Assembly: GCA_017302095.1 (NCBI GenBank)
Contig: JAFLEC010000001.1
Span: forward strand, 1 to 40,144
Length of the DNA stretch: 40,144 bases
From: Lysobacterales bacterium
Lineage (GTDB): Bacteria > Pseudomonadota > Gammaproteobacteria > Xanthomonadales > Xanthomonadaceae
Direction of reading: 5' to 3'
The notes beneath the pieces were generated by a model. That model made no database searches and was not told the origin of the DNA. It saw nothing but the letters and a program-made list of their open reading frames with translations. Position 1 is the stretch's first letter. The number at the start of each line of letters is the position of its first letter. Below, in pieces: positions 25,606 to 37,382 of this stretch. A program made the position numbers and the translations under genes.

Positions 25606-25935
25606 TCAGGCGCGTTCCATCGTGCATAGCAGCGGGTGCTGGTTCATCCGCGCGTATTCGTTGACCTGCGCCACCTTGGATTCGGCGATTTCGCGGGTGA
25701 ACACCCCGCAGACGCCGCGGCCGCGGGTATGGACGTGGAGCATGACCTGGGTCGCGCGCTCCAGGTCCAGCGGGAAGAAGCGCATCAGGACGTCGACCAC
25801 GAAGTCCATCGGGGTGTAGTCGTCGTTCAGCAACAGGACCGAATACAGCGGCGGTCGCGCCGTGTCCGGGCGCGCCGGGGCGACGACGATGCCATGTTCG
25901 TGGTCGTGCTGGGGTTTGTCGGTGGGGGTCGGCAT
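25606..25935 (-). CDS. clpS: Clp protease adaptor ClpS
   Basis: [39 protein letters not shown] and HPLLCTME. Confidence 0.97.
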   Translation of the reverse strand: MPTPTDKPQHDHEHGIVVAPARPDTARPPLYSVLLLNDDYTPMDFVVDVLMRFFPLDLERATQVMLHVHTRGRGVCGVFTREIAESKVAQVNEYARMNQHPLLCTMERA

Positions 25936-26025
25936 GGCGCGGATTATAGGGAGCCGGGCGTGCAGGCGGCATGGACGCGATCCCGCGTTGGCGCGAGAAT
26001 CCGCTCTCCACCAAGGGGATTCCTC

Positions 26026-26508
26026 ATGCGCGTACGCCTGCGCTCTTTCGCCGCCTGCACCACCCTCGCCCTGCTGGCCGGCGCCGCGCCGGCGCTGGCG
26101 TCCGATGCTTCGGTCAAGGCCCGCCTCGATGCCCGCGGCATCAAGCACACGGTGGACGACGACGGCGACTACAAGGTCACCTACAGCTACGAGAAGGAAA
26201 GCCGTACCCAGTTGGTGTTCGTGTCCGGGGGCACCGAGACCGTCGGCGGCTTCCAGGTCCGCGAGGTGTTCTCGCCCGCGGCACGGCTGGAGAAGGACGG
26301 TGTCAATGGCGCGAAGGCGCTGGAGCTGTTGGCGGAAAGCCGCAAGAACAAGCTCGGCAGTTGGGAAACCGACGGCGACGTCCTGCTGTTCGTGATCAAG
26401 CTGCCGGACAGCGCCTCTGCCGCGGAGCTGGAATCGGCCATGGACATCGCCGCGCAGACCGCCGACGACATGGAATTGGAACTTTCGGGTGCCCGTGACG
26501 ACCTCTGA
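26026..26508 (+). CDS. Exported hypothetical protein (possible YbjN-like fold)
   Basis: AAGGGG RBS, signal peptide ending ALA, and strong coding codon bias. The fold is an inference. Confidence 0.8.
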   Translation: MRVRLRSFAACTTLALLAGAAPALASDASVKARLDARGIKHTVDDDGDYKVTYSYEKESRTQLVFVSGGTETVGGFQVREVFSPAARLEKDGVNGAKALELLAESRKNKLGSWETDGDVLLFVIKLPDSASAAELESAMDIAAQTADDMELELSGARDDL

Positions 26509-26544
26509 GCCACGCTGCCCGCGCCACGCCCCGGAAGCGTACGC

Positions 26545-27024
26545 ATGAGCTACCGCGAAGGCCGCTTCTGGCAGCCCGACGTGACCGTCGCCACCGTGGT
26601 GGTGCGCGATGGCCGGTTGCTGATGGTCGAGGAACGCGCCAACGGTGCGCTGGTGCTGAACCAACCGGCCGGGCACCTCGAGCCGGACGAGAGCCTGCTG
26701 GATGCCGCCCTGCGCGAAACCCGCGAGGAAACCGGCTGGGAGGTGCGCCTCACCGCCTTCGTCGGCGCGTACCAGTGGAAGGCACCGCTGCAGCCGGACG
26801 GCAGCGGCGGCCGCCACTACCTGCGCTTCGCCTTCGCCGCCGAACCGGTCCGCGAACTCCCCGATGCCCGCCTCGACGAGGGCATCGTGCGCGCGCTGTG
26901 GCTGACCCCCGACGAGCTGCACGGCATGGCCGCACGCCATCGCAGCCCGCTGGTCTGGCGCGCGGTGCTCGACTACCTCGGCGGCAGCCGGCACCCGCTC
27001 GACCTGGTGCGCCACCTCGCATGA
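26545..27024 (+). CDS. nudJ: NUDIX hydrolase, NudJ-like
   Basis: [33 protein letters not shown] and RSPLV. Lies upstream of mnmA. Confidence 0.88.
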   Translation: MSYREGRFWQPDVTVATVVVRDGRLLMVEERANGALVLNQPAGHLEPDESLLDAALRETREETGWEVRLTAFVGAYQWKAPLQPDGSGGRHYLRFAFAAEPVRELPDARLDEGIVRALWLTPDELHGMAARHRSPLVWRAVLDYLGGSRHPLDLVRHLA

Positions 27025-28145
27025 GCCCGCCGCGCATCGTCGTCGGCATGTCGGGCGGCGTCGATTCCTCGGTCGCCGCCCTGCTGCTGCGCGATGCCGG
27101 CGCCGAGGTGATCGGCCTGTTCATGCAGAACTGGGCCGACGACGACGCCGGCGATTGCCGGGCGGAGGACGACCGCCGCGATGCGGTCGCGGTCTGCGGC
27201 ATGCTCGGCCTGCCGATCCGCTTCCGCGATTTTTCCCGCGAGTACTGGGATGGCGTGTTCCGCCATTTCATCGACGAATACGCCGCCGGCCGCACGCCCA
27301 ACCCGGACGTGCTGTGCAACCGCGAGATCAAGTTCAAGCATTTCCTCGACGCCGCCCGCGACCTCGGCGCGGAGGCCATCGCCACCGGGCATTACGCGCG
27401 GATCGCGCCCGTCGACGGTCGCCATCGCCTGCTGCGGGCGAAGGACCGCGGCAAGGACCAGAGCTACTTCCTGCACCAGCTCGGGCAGGCGCAACTGGCG
27501 GCGACCCGTTTCCCGCTGGGCGAGCTCGAGAAAGGCGAGGTGCGCCGGATCGCCGCCGCGGCCGGGTTGCCGACCGCCGCCAAGAAGGATTCCACCGGCA
27601 TCTGCTTCATCGGCGAGCGCGATTTCCGCAGCTTCCTCGCCCAGTACCTGCCGGCCCGGCCCGGCGAGATGCGCACGCCCGACGGCATCGTCGTCGGCAC
27701 CCATCCCGGCGTGTTCTATTTCACCCTCGGACAGCGCGAGGGCCTGCACATCGGCGGCGTGCGCGGTCGCCCGCAGGCGCCGTGGTTCGTGGTCGGCAAG
27801 GACCTGGAACACAACATCCTGTACGTCGACCAGGGCCACGACAGCCCATGGCTGCAATCGACCACGCTGCTTAGCGAGACCGCGCACTGGATCGCCGGCG
27901 CACCGCCCGCGCCCCGCTTCGCCTGCACCGCGCAGACCCGCTACCGCCAGGCCGACGAACCGTGCGAGGTCGAGGTGCGCGACGACGGCAGCCTGCGGGT
28001 GCGCTTCGCCCGACCGCAACGTGCGGTCACGCCGGGGCAATCCGTGGTCCTTTACGATGGGGACGCCTGCCTCGGCGGTGCGGTGATCGCCTCGACCGAC
28101 GCCCCCCGCATCGCCCCCGACCACGCCCGGAGCCCTGCCGCATGA
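27021..28145 (+). CDS. mnmA: tRNA 2-thiouridine(34) synthase MnmA
   Basis: [49 protein letters not shown] and AVTPGQ. Confidence 0.98.
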   Translation: MSPPRIVVGMSGGVDSSVAALLLRDAGAEVIGLFMQNWADDDAGDCRAEDDRRDAVAVCGMLGLPIRFRDFSREYWDGVFRHFIDEYAAGRTPNPDVLCNREIKFKHFLDAARDLGAEAIATGHYARIAPVDGRHRLLRAKDRGKDQSYFLHQLGQAQLAATRFPLGELEKGEVRRIAAAAGLPTAAKKDSTGICFIGERDFRSFLAQYLPARPGEMRTPDGIVVGTHPGVFYFTLGQREGLHIGGVRGRPQAPWFVVGKDLEHNILYVDQGHDSPWLQSTTLLSETAHWIAGAPPAPRFACTAQTRYRQADEPCEVEVRDDGSLRVRFARPQRAVTPGQSVVLYDGDACLGGAVIASTDAPRIAPDHARSPAA

Positions 28146-28747
28146 CCCCGTTCGACGACCGCGTCCTCGCCCTCGGCGCCCTGCTGGTGGCGCTCTCGCA
28201 GGTGCGGAGGATCGCCGAGACCGGGCAGTCCGACAGCGCCACCCTGCACGTCGCGCTGGACAGCGTGTTCCGGATCGACGCCGCCGATACCGCGGTGGCG
28301 GTGGGCGGTGTCGAGGCCGTGCGTCCCGGCCTGCGCCTGTTGCGCGATTACCTGGCCGGGACCAACAAGGACGAGGCCCTGGGCAAGCTGGCGATGGCGG
28401 TGATGCAGCTGGAGCGCCGCTTCGTCGCCGACGATGCCATGACCGAGCGCGTGCGCACCGGCCTGCAGGCCTTGTCGGGGCCGGTCGAACGGCTCGGCAG
28501 CGCGCACCACGACATCATCGCCGGCCTCGCGAGCCTGTACGCCGACACCATCAGCCACCTGCGCCCGCGGGTGATGGTGCAAGGCAATCCGCATTACCTC
28601 GGGCAGGCCGGCGTGGTCGCCGAAATCCGCGCCCTGCTGCTGGCGGCGTTGCGCGCCGCCGTGCTGTGGCGGCAGATGGGCGGCAGCCTGTGGGACTTCC
28701 TGTTCCGCCGCCGCGACATGGCCGCGGCGATCGACCGGCTGATGTGA
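28142..28747 (+). CDS. hflD: High-frequency lysogenization protein HflD
   Basis: [20 protein letters not shown] and [24 protein letters not shown] overlap with mnmA. Confidence 0.95.
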   Translation: MTPFDDRVLALGALLVALSQVRRIAETGQSDSATLHVALDSVFRIDAADTAVAVGGVEAVRPGLRLLRDYLAGTNKDEALGKLAMAVMQLERRFVADDAMTERVRTGLQALSGPVERLGSAHHDIIAGLASLYADTISHLRPRVMVQGNPHYLGQAGVVAEIRALLLAALRAAVLWRQMGGSLWDFLFRRRDMAAAIDRLM

Positions 28748-28831
28748 AAAAGGGGGGCAGAGTAAATTTCCCCTCGCACTAGTCCATGCGACCATGGAAC
28801 GAGGCGGGAAAACTTTACTCTGGCCCCTTTT
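28747..28831. repeat. Palindromic MITE/REP-like element, copy 1
   Basis: AAAAAGGGGGGCAGAGTAAATTTCCC ... GGGAAAACTTTACTCTGGCCCCTTTT with inner hairpin TCCATG-CGAC-CATGGA. Arms match the copy at 36696-36779. Confidence 0.8.
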
Positions 28832-28865
28832 CGTTTCGTCGATCAGGAGGCGGTGTAGCGGGCCT

Positions 28866-29702
28866 CTACTTCGAGCGGTGGACCTCGATCGTCGTCTCCG
28901 GGTTCACGTCGCCGTTTGGGTCGACCACGATGCCCGCCGCGAAGCTGACCCGTTGCGCGGGTGCATCGCTGGCCAGGAACAGGCAGACGTAGTTGTCGTT
29001 GTCCTTGAGGCTGCCCAGCGCGAAGGGACGCACCTCGCCCTCCGGCGTGGACACCCGGTAGCCCGCCAGGTGCGCAGCTTCGTCGGCACCCGGCTTCGGC
29101 TTCACGCCACCCGCCCAGATCGCGACCACGACCTGGCGCGTGCCCACCGGGGCATCGCAGGCGAACTGGTGCCCGCGGTAGCCCAGGGCGAGGACCAGGG
29201 TCGGCCCGTCGGCCAGCGGCGTGACCGCCGCCGAAAGCTCCTTTGCGTTGGCGCCGTATTCGAGCGGCAGGTCGCCGGTCACCTCCACCGAGACCGGCGG
29301 ATCGGTCGCGGCGTTGCCCAGTTGCCCGATGAGCAGCACCGTGTGGCCCTTGCCGGGCGCGGACGCCGGTGCCAGCGTGGCGAAGAGCGGCTGGTGCACC
29401 GCGCCGGACCGGGTCTTCACGGTGAAGGCCTTGGGGTCGACGATCGGGCCGCCGAGCACCCGACGGGTGAACGTGACCGGCAGGCCGTCCTTGCCGGGCG
29501 CCTCGGAATAGAACTGCGCGGCGATCGGGGGCAGCCGGTCATCCAGCCCGAAAAAGGCGCTGAGCATCCGCGGCGGCGCGTCGTCCAGGTCGGTCCTGGG
29601 CACGGTCGATGCCGCACCCGACGGATCCGAAGCGTGGACCAGCCCGGCGCAGGCGATGACCGCGCCGAGGCCGAGGATTCCCTTGATCAGTTGGTGCTTC
29701 AT
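28866..29702 (-). CDS. Exported hypothetical protein (278 aa)
   Basis: Signal peptide MKHQLIKGILGLGAVIACAGLVHA and a globular, Pro/Gly-rich beta-type sequence with two Cys in the mature part. Confidence 0.78.
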   Translation of the reverse strand: MKHQLIKGILGLGAVIACAGLVHASDPSGAASTVPRTDLDDAPPRMLSAFFGLDDRLPPIAAQFYSEAPGKDGLPVTFTRRVLGGPIVDPKAFTVKTRSGAVHQPLFATLAPASAPGKGHTVLLIGQLGNAATDPPVSVEVTGDLPLEYGANAKELSAAVTPLADGPTLVLALGYRGHQFACDAPVGTRQVVVAIWAGGVKPKPGADEAAHLAGYRVSTPEGEVRPFALGSLKDNDNYVCLFLASDAPAQRVSFAAGIVVDPNGDVNPETTIEVHRSK

Positions 29703-29888
29703 GGCCACCCCGCATGTTTGGAGATCAGGGAGGCTGCTATGGCCGCCGATGGGCTGCAATGGCGCCTTGGTCCCATCGAGCCGCCGCGGTGGGGGCTCCG
29801 CCCCTTGCGTGGCGCACTCGTGTTCCCCGAACAGGTGGCACATGCAACGGTAGAGCGCCCGTCCGCGATGCCGCTCCAGTTCCAACGA

Positions 29889-29913
29889 AAACGCCCGGCA
29901 TCGCCGGGCGTTT
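29889..29913 (-). terminator. Intrinsic terminator after acnB
   Basis: AAACGCCCGGC-ATC-GCCGGGCGTTT, about 20 nt past the acnB stop. Confidence 0.8.
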
Positions 29914-29934
29914 CGTCTTTCATCGCATCGACGC

Positions 29935-32526
29935 TCAGGCAGCGACGGTATCCGCCACCTGCTTGTACTCCTCGATCTGGTCGAAATTCATGTAGCGGTA
30001 GATCTCGGCGCCCTTTTCGTTGATCACGCCGATGTCCGCCATGTACTCCTCGCGGGTCGGGATGCGGCCCAGGCGCGAGCAGATCGCCGCCAGTTCCGCC
30101 GAGCCCAGGTAGACGTCGGTGTTGCGGCCCAGGCGGTTGGGGAAGTTGCGGGTCGAGGTGGACATCGCGGTGCTGCCCTCGCGGATCTGCGCCTGGTTGC
30201 CCATGCACAGCGAGCAGCCCGGCATCTCCATGCGCGCGCCGGCGGTGCCGAAGGTGCCGTAATGGCCTTCGTTGGTCAGCTCGGCGGCGTCCATCTTGGT
30301 CGGCGGCGCGATCCACAGGCGGGTCGGGATGTCGCGCTTGCCTTCCAGCAGCTTGGCGGCGGCGCGGAAGTGGCCGATGTTGGTCATGCACGAGCCGATG
30401 AAGACCTCGTCGATCTTCGCGCCGGCGACGTCGGACAGGGTCTTGGCGTCGTCCGGGTCGTTCGGGCAGCACACGATCGGCTCGACGATCTGCTCGAGGT
30501 CGATCTCGATCACCGCGGCGTATTCGGCGTCGGCATCGGGCTGCAGCAGCTGCGGGTTGGCCAGCCAGGCCTCCATCTTGGCGATCCGGCGGGCCAGCGA
30601 ACGCGCGTCCTGGTAGCCCTGCGCGATCATCCACTTGAGCAGGGTGATGTTGCTCTTGAGGTATTCGATGATCGGCGCCTGGTCGAGGCGCACGGTGCAG
30701 CCGGCGGCGGAACGCTCGGCGGAGGCGTCGGCCAGCTCGAACGCCTGTTCGATCTTGAGCTCCGGCAGGCCTTCGATCTCCAGGATGCGGCCGGAGAAGA
30801 TGTTCTTCTTGCCCTTCTTCTCGACCGTAAGCAGGCCCTGTTTGATCGCGTACAGCGGGATGGCGTGGACGAGGTCGCGCAGGGTCACGCCCGGCTGCAG
30901 CTTGCCCTTGAAGCGCACCAGCACCGACTCCGGCATGTCCAGCGGCATCACCCCGGTGGCCGCGGCGAACGCGACCAGGCCCGAGCCCGCGGGGAACGAG
31001 ATGCCGATCGGGAAGCGGGTGTGCGAGTCGCCGCCGGTGCCCACGGTGTCGGGCAGCAGCATGCGGTTGAGCCAGCTGTGGATGATGCCGTCGCCGGGGC
31101 GCAGGGAGATGCCGCCGCGGGTGGAGATGAACTCCGGCAGGGTGTGGTGGGTCTTCACGTCGACCGGCTTGGGATAGGCCGCGGTGTGGCAGAAGCTCTG
31201 CATCACCAGGTCGGCGCTGAAGCCGAGGCAAGCCAGGTCCTTCAGCTCGTCGCGGGTCATCGGGCCGGTGGTGTCCTGGCTGCCCACCGAGGTCATCTTC
31301 GGTTCGCAGTAGGTGCCCGGGCGCACGCCCTGCCCCTCCGGAAGCCCGCAGGCGCGGCCGACCATCTTCTGCGCCAGGGTGAAGCCCTTGCCGGTGTCGG
31401 TGGGCTGCTGCGGCAGGCGGAACAGGGTCGAGGCCGGCAGGCCCAGCGCCTCGCGCGCCTTGCCGGTCAGGCCGCGGCCAACGATCAGCGGGATGCGGCC
31501 ACCGGCGCGCACTTCGTCGAACAGCACGTCGGACTTCACCTGGAACTCGGCGATCACCTCGCCGCCCTTGAGCGCCTTGCCGTCGTACGGACGCAGCTCG
31601 ACGACGTCGCCGTGCTCCATCTTCGAGACGTCGAGCTCGATCGGCAGCGCGCCCGCGTCTTCCATCGTGTTGTAGAAGATCGGGGCGATCTTGCTGCCCA
31701 GGCACACGCCGCCGAAGCGCTTGTTGGGGATGAACGGGATGTCCTCGCCGGTGAACCACAGCACGCTGTTGGTGGCCGACTTTCGGCTGGAACCGGTGCC
31801 GACCACGTCGCCGACGTAGGCGACCAGGTGGCCCTTGTCCTTCAGCTTGAGGATCTCGGCGACCGGGCCGCGCTTGCCGTCTTCCTCGGGCACGAACGGC
31901 GCGTCGGGACGCTTGTTCTTCAGCATCGCCAATGCGTGCAGCGGGATGTCGGGACGGGTGGTCGCGTCCGGCGCCGGCGACAGGTCGTCGGTATTGGTCT
32001 CGCCCGGCACCTTGAACACGGTGATGGTCAGCGATGCCGGCACTTCCGGCTTGCTGGTGAACCATTCGGCGTCGGCCCAGCTCTGCAGCACGGCCTGGGC
32101 GTTGGCGTTGCCGGCCTTGGCCTTCTCTTCCACGTCGTGGAAGGCATCGAACACCAGCAGGGTGTGCTTGAGCGCGTCGGCGGCCACCGCGCCGACCTCG
32201 GCGTCGTCCAGCAGCTGCACCAGCGGCGCGACGTTGTAGCCGCCGAGCATGGTGCCCAGCAGCTCGGTGGCGCGGGCGCGCGGGATCAGCGGGTTGACCT
32301 CGCTGCCGAACGCCAGTGCGGCCAGGTAGCTGGCCTTGACCTTGGCGGCGTCGTCCACGCCGGCCGGCACGCGCTGGACCAGCAGGTCGAGCAGGAAGGT
32401 GTCCTCCCCGGCCGGCGGCGCCTTGAGCAGTTCGATGACGTCGGCGGTCTGCTGCGCGGTCAGCGGCAGCGGCGGGATGCCGAGGGCGGCGCGCTCGGCG
32501 GCGTGTTGGCGATAGGCGGCAAGCAT
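29935..32526 (-). CDS. acnB: Aconitate hydratase B
   Basis: [52 protein letters not shown] and [10 protein letters not shown]. Confidence 0.98.
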   Translation of the reverse strand: MLAAYRQHAAERAALGIPPLPLTAQQTADVIELLKAPPAGEDTFLLDLLVQRVPAGVDDAAKVKASYLAALAFGSEVNPLIPRARATELLGTMLGGYNVAPLVQLLDDAEVGAVAADALKHTLLVFDAFHDVEEKAKAGNANAQAVLQSWADAEWFTSKPEVPASLTITVFKVPGETNTDDLSPAPDATTRPDIPLHALAMLKNKRPDAPFVPEEDGKRGPVAEILKLKDKGHLVAYVGDVVGTGSSRKSATNSVLWFTGEDIPFIPNKRFGGVCLGSKIAPIFYNTMEDAGALPIELDVSKMEHGDVVELRPYDGKALKGGEVIAEFQVKSDVLFDEVRAGGRIPLIVGRGLTGKAREALGLPASTLFRLPQQPTDTGKGFTLAQKMVGRACGLPEGQGVRPGTYCEPKMTSVGSQDTTGPMTRDELKDLACLGFSADLVMQSFCHTAAYPKPVDVKTHHTLPEFISTRGGISLRPGDGIIHSWLNRMLLPDTVGTGGDSHTRFPIGISFPAGSGLVAFAAATGVMPLDMPESVLVRFKGKLQPGVTLRDLVHAIPLYAIKQGLLTVEKKGKKNIFSGRILEIEGLPELKIEQAFELADASAERSAAGCTVRLDQAPIIEYLKSNITLLKWMIAQGYQDARSLARRIAKMEAWLANPQLLQPDADAEYAAVIEIDLEQIVEPIVCCPNDPDDAKTLSDVAGAKIDEVFIGSCMTNIGHFRAAAKLLEGKRDIPTRLWIAPPTKMDAAELTNEGHYGTFGTAGARMEMPGCSLCMGNQAQIREGSTAMSTSTRNFPNRLGRNTDVYLGSAELAAICSRLGRIPTREEYMADIGVINEKGAEIYRYMNFDQIEEYKQVADTVAA

Positions 32527-32557
32527 GGGCGTCTCCTGGGGAAGCGGAAGTCGGGGG

Positions 32558-32956
32558 TCAGGCCTTGGGCTGGATCAGCTTCAGGCCCTTGAAGTAGTCG
32601 CGGTGGAAGGCCGCGTCGAAGGTGATCAGGGCATCGCATTGCAGCAGCGCGTGGGCACCGACCAGGAAGTCGGCGATCGCGCGCGGTTCGCCGCCGCGCT
32701 GGCGCTGTCGGCGCTGCATCTCGCCGGCGCGCAGGGCGGACTTGGATTCCAGCGGGCTGTAGTGCACGCCCATTTCCTCCAGCGCGGCCAGTGCGTCGGC
32801 GCCGTTGCGCAGGGTGGCCGACACCGCCGCGAGCGAGGCATCGCAGACCACCACCCGGCCGCCGGCCAGGGCCTGGCGCAGGCAGGTCTCGGCGGCATCG
32901 GCGCGCGGGCCGTCCACCAGCAGTTCGACCAGCACGGGGGCGTCGACGGCGATCAT
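32558..32956 (-). CDS. PIN-domain (VapC-like) protein
   Basis: [14 protein letters not shown] and LITFD. Lies downstream of an AbrB-like gene. Confidence 0.88.
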   Translation of the reverse strand: MIAVDAPVLVELLVDGPRADAAETCLRQALAGGRVVVCDASLAAVSATLRNGADALAALEEMGVHYSPLESKSALRAGEMQRRQRQRGGEPRAIADFLVGAHALLQCDALITFDAAFHRDYFKGLKLIQPKA

Positions 32957-32960
32957 CGGC

Positions 32961-33155
32961 TCAGGCCTTGCCGTCGCCGGCGTCCAGCGCGAACTTGCCG
33001 CGCACCCGCGAAATGGCGTCGTCCACGTGCTTGCTCAGCACGATGCGGCTGCCGTCCAGCTCGACCTTGAGCACGCTGCCCTTGGTCAGGCCCAGCGCGT
33101 CGCGCACCGCCTTGGGCAGGGTGATCTGCCCGCGTTCCGCCACGGTGGCTTCCAT
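32961..33155 (-). CDS. AbrB/MazE/SpoVT-family DNA-binding protein
   Basis: MEATVAERGQITLPKAVRDALGLTKG with GGAGG RBS, 64 aa. Confidence 0.92.
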   Translation of the reverse strand: MEATVAERGQITLPKAVRDALGLTKGSVLKVELDGSRIVLSKHVDDAISRVRGKFALDAGDGKA

Positions 33156-33175
33156 GCGGCACCTCCACGCGCGAG

Positions 33176-33216
33176 AAAGTATGCATGAATTATACATACT
33201 TTTCGGCGCGTACCAA
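33176..33216 (-). promoter_or_regulatory. Sigma70 promoter with overlapping palindromic operator for abrB-PIN-acnB
   Basis: Minus strand TTGGTA-N16-TATAAT. The dyad AAAGTATG-N11-CATACTTT (33176-33202) covers the -10. Confidence 0.75.
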
Positions 33217-33297
33217 CGGTACCGCGGAACGCCCGCCGCCACGGAACCGACATCGCCCCGGGGGTAGACTCGGGCATTCCCCGCCGCGGAGCGCCCC

Positions 33298-36054
<2,757 letters not shown>

Positions 36055-36072
36055 GCCGCGGGCGCCGCCGCC

Positions 36073-36570
36073 TCAATCCGCGTCGCGCGGGACCACCCGC
36101 GCGAAGTGATTCACCCGCGTCATCGGTTTGCCATCGTCGCCGTAGTTGGCCCCGGTTTCGGTCATGGCGTCGCCGGACGCGTCCAGCGTGTAGATGCGGG
36201 TCGACCCCGGCACGCCGGCGCGCGAGAGCTGCATCACCAGCACGTCGGGGCGCGGCATCGTGGTGGAGGCGGTGTCGGCCTCCAGGTTGCCCTGCACCGC
36301 CACCGGCACGCCGTCCAATGCGCTGACGCTGGCCGCGGACATCCGCATGCCATCCGGCCCCACGACCTCGACCAGGGTGGACAGGCGCCCGTCCGGCGCC
36401 GGTGCAAACCGGATGTGGACGCTGCGCGGGCGCGCCTCCGGCGGCATCGGCAGCCGTGCGACATCGACCGCCCACGTGCCGTACAACGGCGACGGCATCG
36501 GTTCGCCCGCCTGTGCCAGCCCCGCCATCGCCCACAACGCCACTGCCCCGATCCACCGGCTGGCCCGCAT
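36073..36570 (-). CDS. Exported hypothetical protein, possible lipocalin-like beta-barrel
   Basis: GAGGA RBS, signal peptide ending AQA, LYGTW motif followed by alternating beta-strand pattern. Confidence 0.72.
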   Translation of the reverse strand: MRASRWIGAVALWAMAGLAQAGEPMPSPLYGTWAVDVARLPMPPEARPRSVHIRFAPAPDGRLSTLVEVVGPDGMRMSAASVSALDGVPVAVQGNLEADTASTTMPRPDVLVMQLSRAGVPGSTRIYTLDASGDAMTETGANYGDDGKPMTRVNHFARVVPRDAD

Positions 36571-36695
36571 CGCGCATTCCTCATGTGTCCAAACAGGCCT
36601 GCGAGTGAAGCGCATGCCGTGCGCGCTGTCGATGCGGCCGGCGCTTGGTCACGCCGGTAGGGTGTTCGTCCCTGGTGGCATCAAAAAAGGGGCCC

Positions 36696-36779
36696 AAAAA
36701 AGGGGCCAGAGTCAATTTCCCATGGTGATGCTGCCCGATCCCGAAATATGCAGAGGGAAATTAACTCTGGCCCCTTTTT
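36696..36779. repeat. Palindromic MITE/REP-like element, copy 2
   Basis: 25-nt arms AAAAAGGGGCCAGAGTCAATTTCCC / GGGAAATTAACTCTGGCCCCTTTTT (24/25 complementary) with a 33-nt spacer. Confidence 0.85.
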
Positions 36780-36806
36780 CTCCCAGACCCAGGCGGCTGT
36801 GGTGAC

Positions 36807-37262
36807 TCATATCCCCGATGGCGTCCAACTGGCGTTGAGCAGCTTCCAGTCACCGTCCTGCAGGCGCCAGCCGGTTTCGACTTGGTAGACCTGTCCCTGT
36901 TCCGGCAGCAGGCCGCCGGAGCCGCCGGTCGCCAGCACGCTGAAGCGGGCGATCGCCTCGCCTTCGCCCCGCAGTTCCACGGTGACCGGTCCCAACCGGG
37001 CGCCGACTTCGCGATGGCGCAGGAACACCCCGGCGGCGAGTTGCTTCGCGCCACGACGATCGAGGCCGTCGTTGCCGATGAAGTCCTCCGCCAGCAGGTC
37101 GGCCACCGCACCGGCATCGCGGGCATCGATGGCTTGCTGCAACACCTCGAGCTGCGCGCGTACGGCCTGCTCCGGATCGCCGCGCGAGCAGCCCGCCAGC
37201 ACCAGCAACAGGGCCATGCACACGAGCCTGCCGATGCGCTGGAACCCGCGGATTTGCTGCAT
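36807..37262 (-). CDS. NTF2/SnoaL-like lipoprotein
   Basis: Lipobox LAGC, AIDARDAGAVADLLAEDF and C-terminal WRLQDGDWKLLNASW, typical of the NTF2-like fold. Confidence 0.82.
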   Translation of the reverse strand: MQQIRGFQRIGRLVCMALLLVLAGCSRGDPEQAVRAQLEVLQQAIDARDAGAVADLLAEDFIGNDGLDRRGAKQLAAGVFLRHREVGARLGPVTVELRGEGEAIARFSVLATGGSGGLLPEQGQVYQVETGWRLQDGDWKLLNASWTPSGI

Positions 37263-37382
37263 TGCGGCATGTCTCTTTGACGCAGCGGATCGCCTTGTCA
37301 GTCATTGGAGCCTATGCTCAAATCGGGTGCAATCCATACGCCGCCGCATCCGGGCGGCGCCACGCACGCAGGGGAATCGCGC

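Noticed and set aside
25606-27015. 469-aa ORF extending ClpS
   Set aside because: The extension is antisense to nudJ and the hypothetical gene. ClpS homology begins near 25935.
29703-29885. N-terminal extension of the 28866 ORF and small hairpins upstream
   Set aside because: The signal peptide begins at 29702, and the hairpins are short and match no riboswitch I can recognise.
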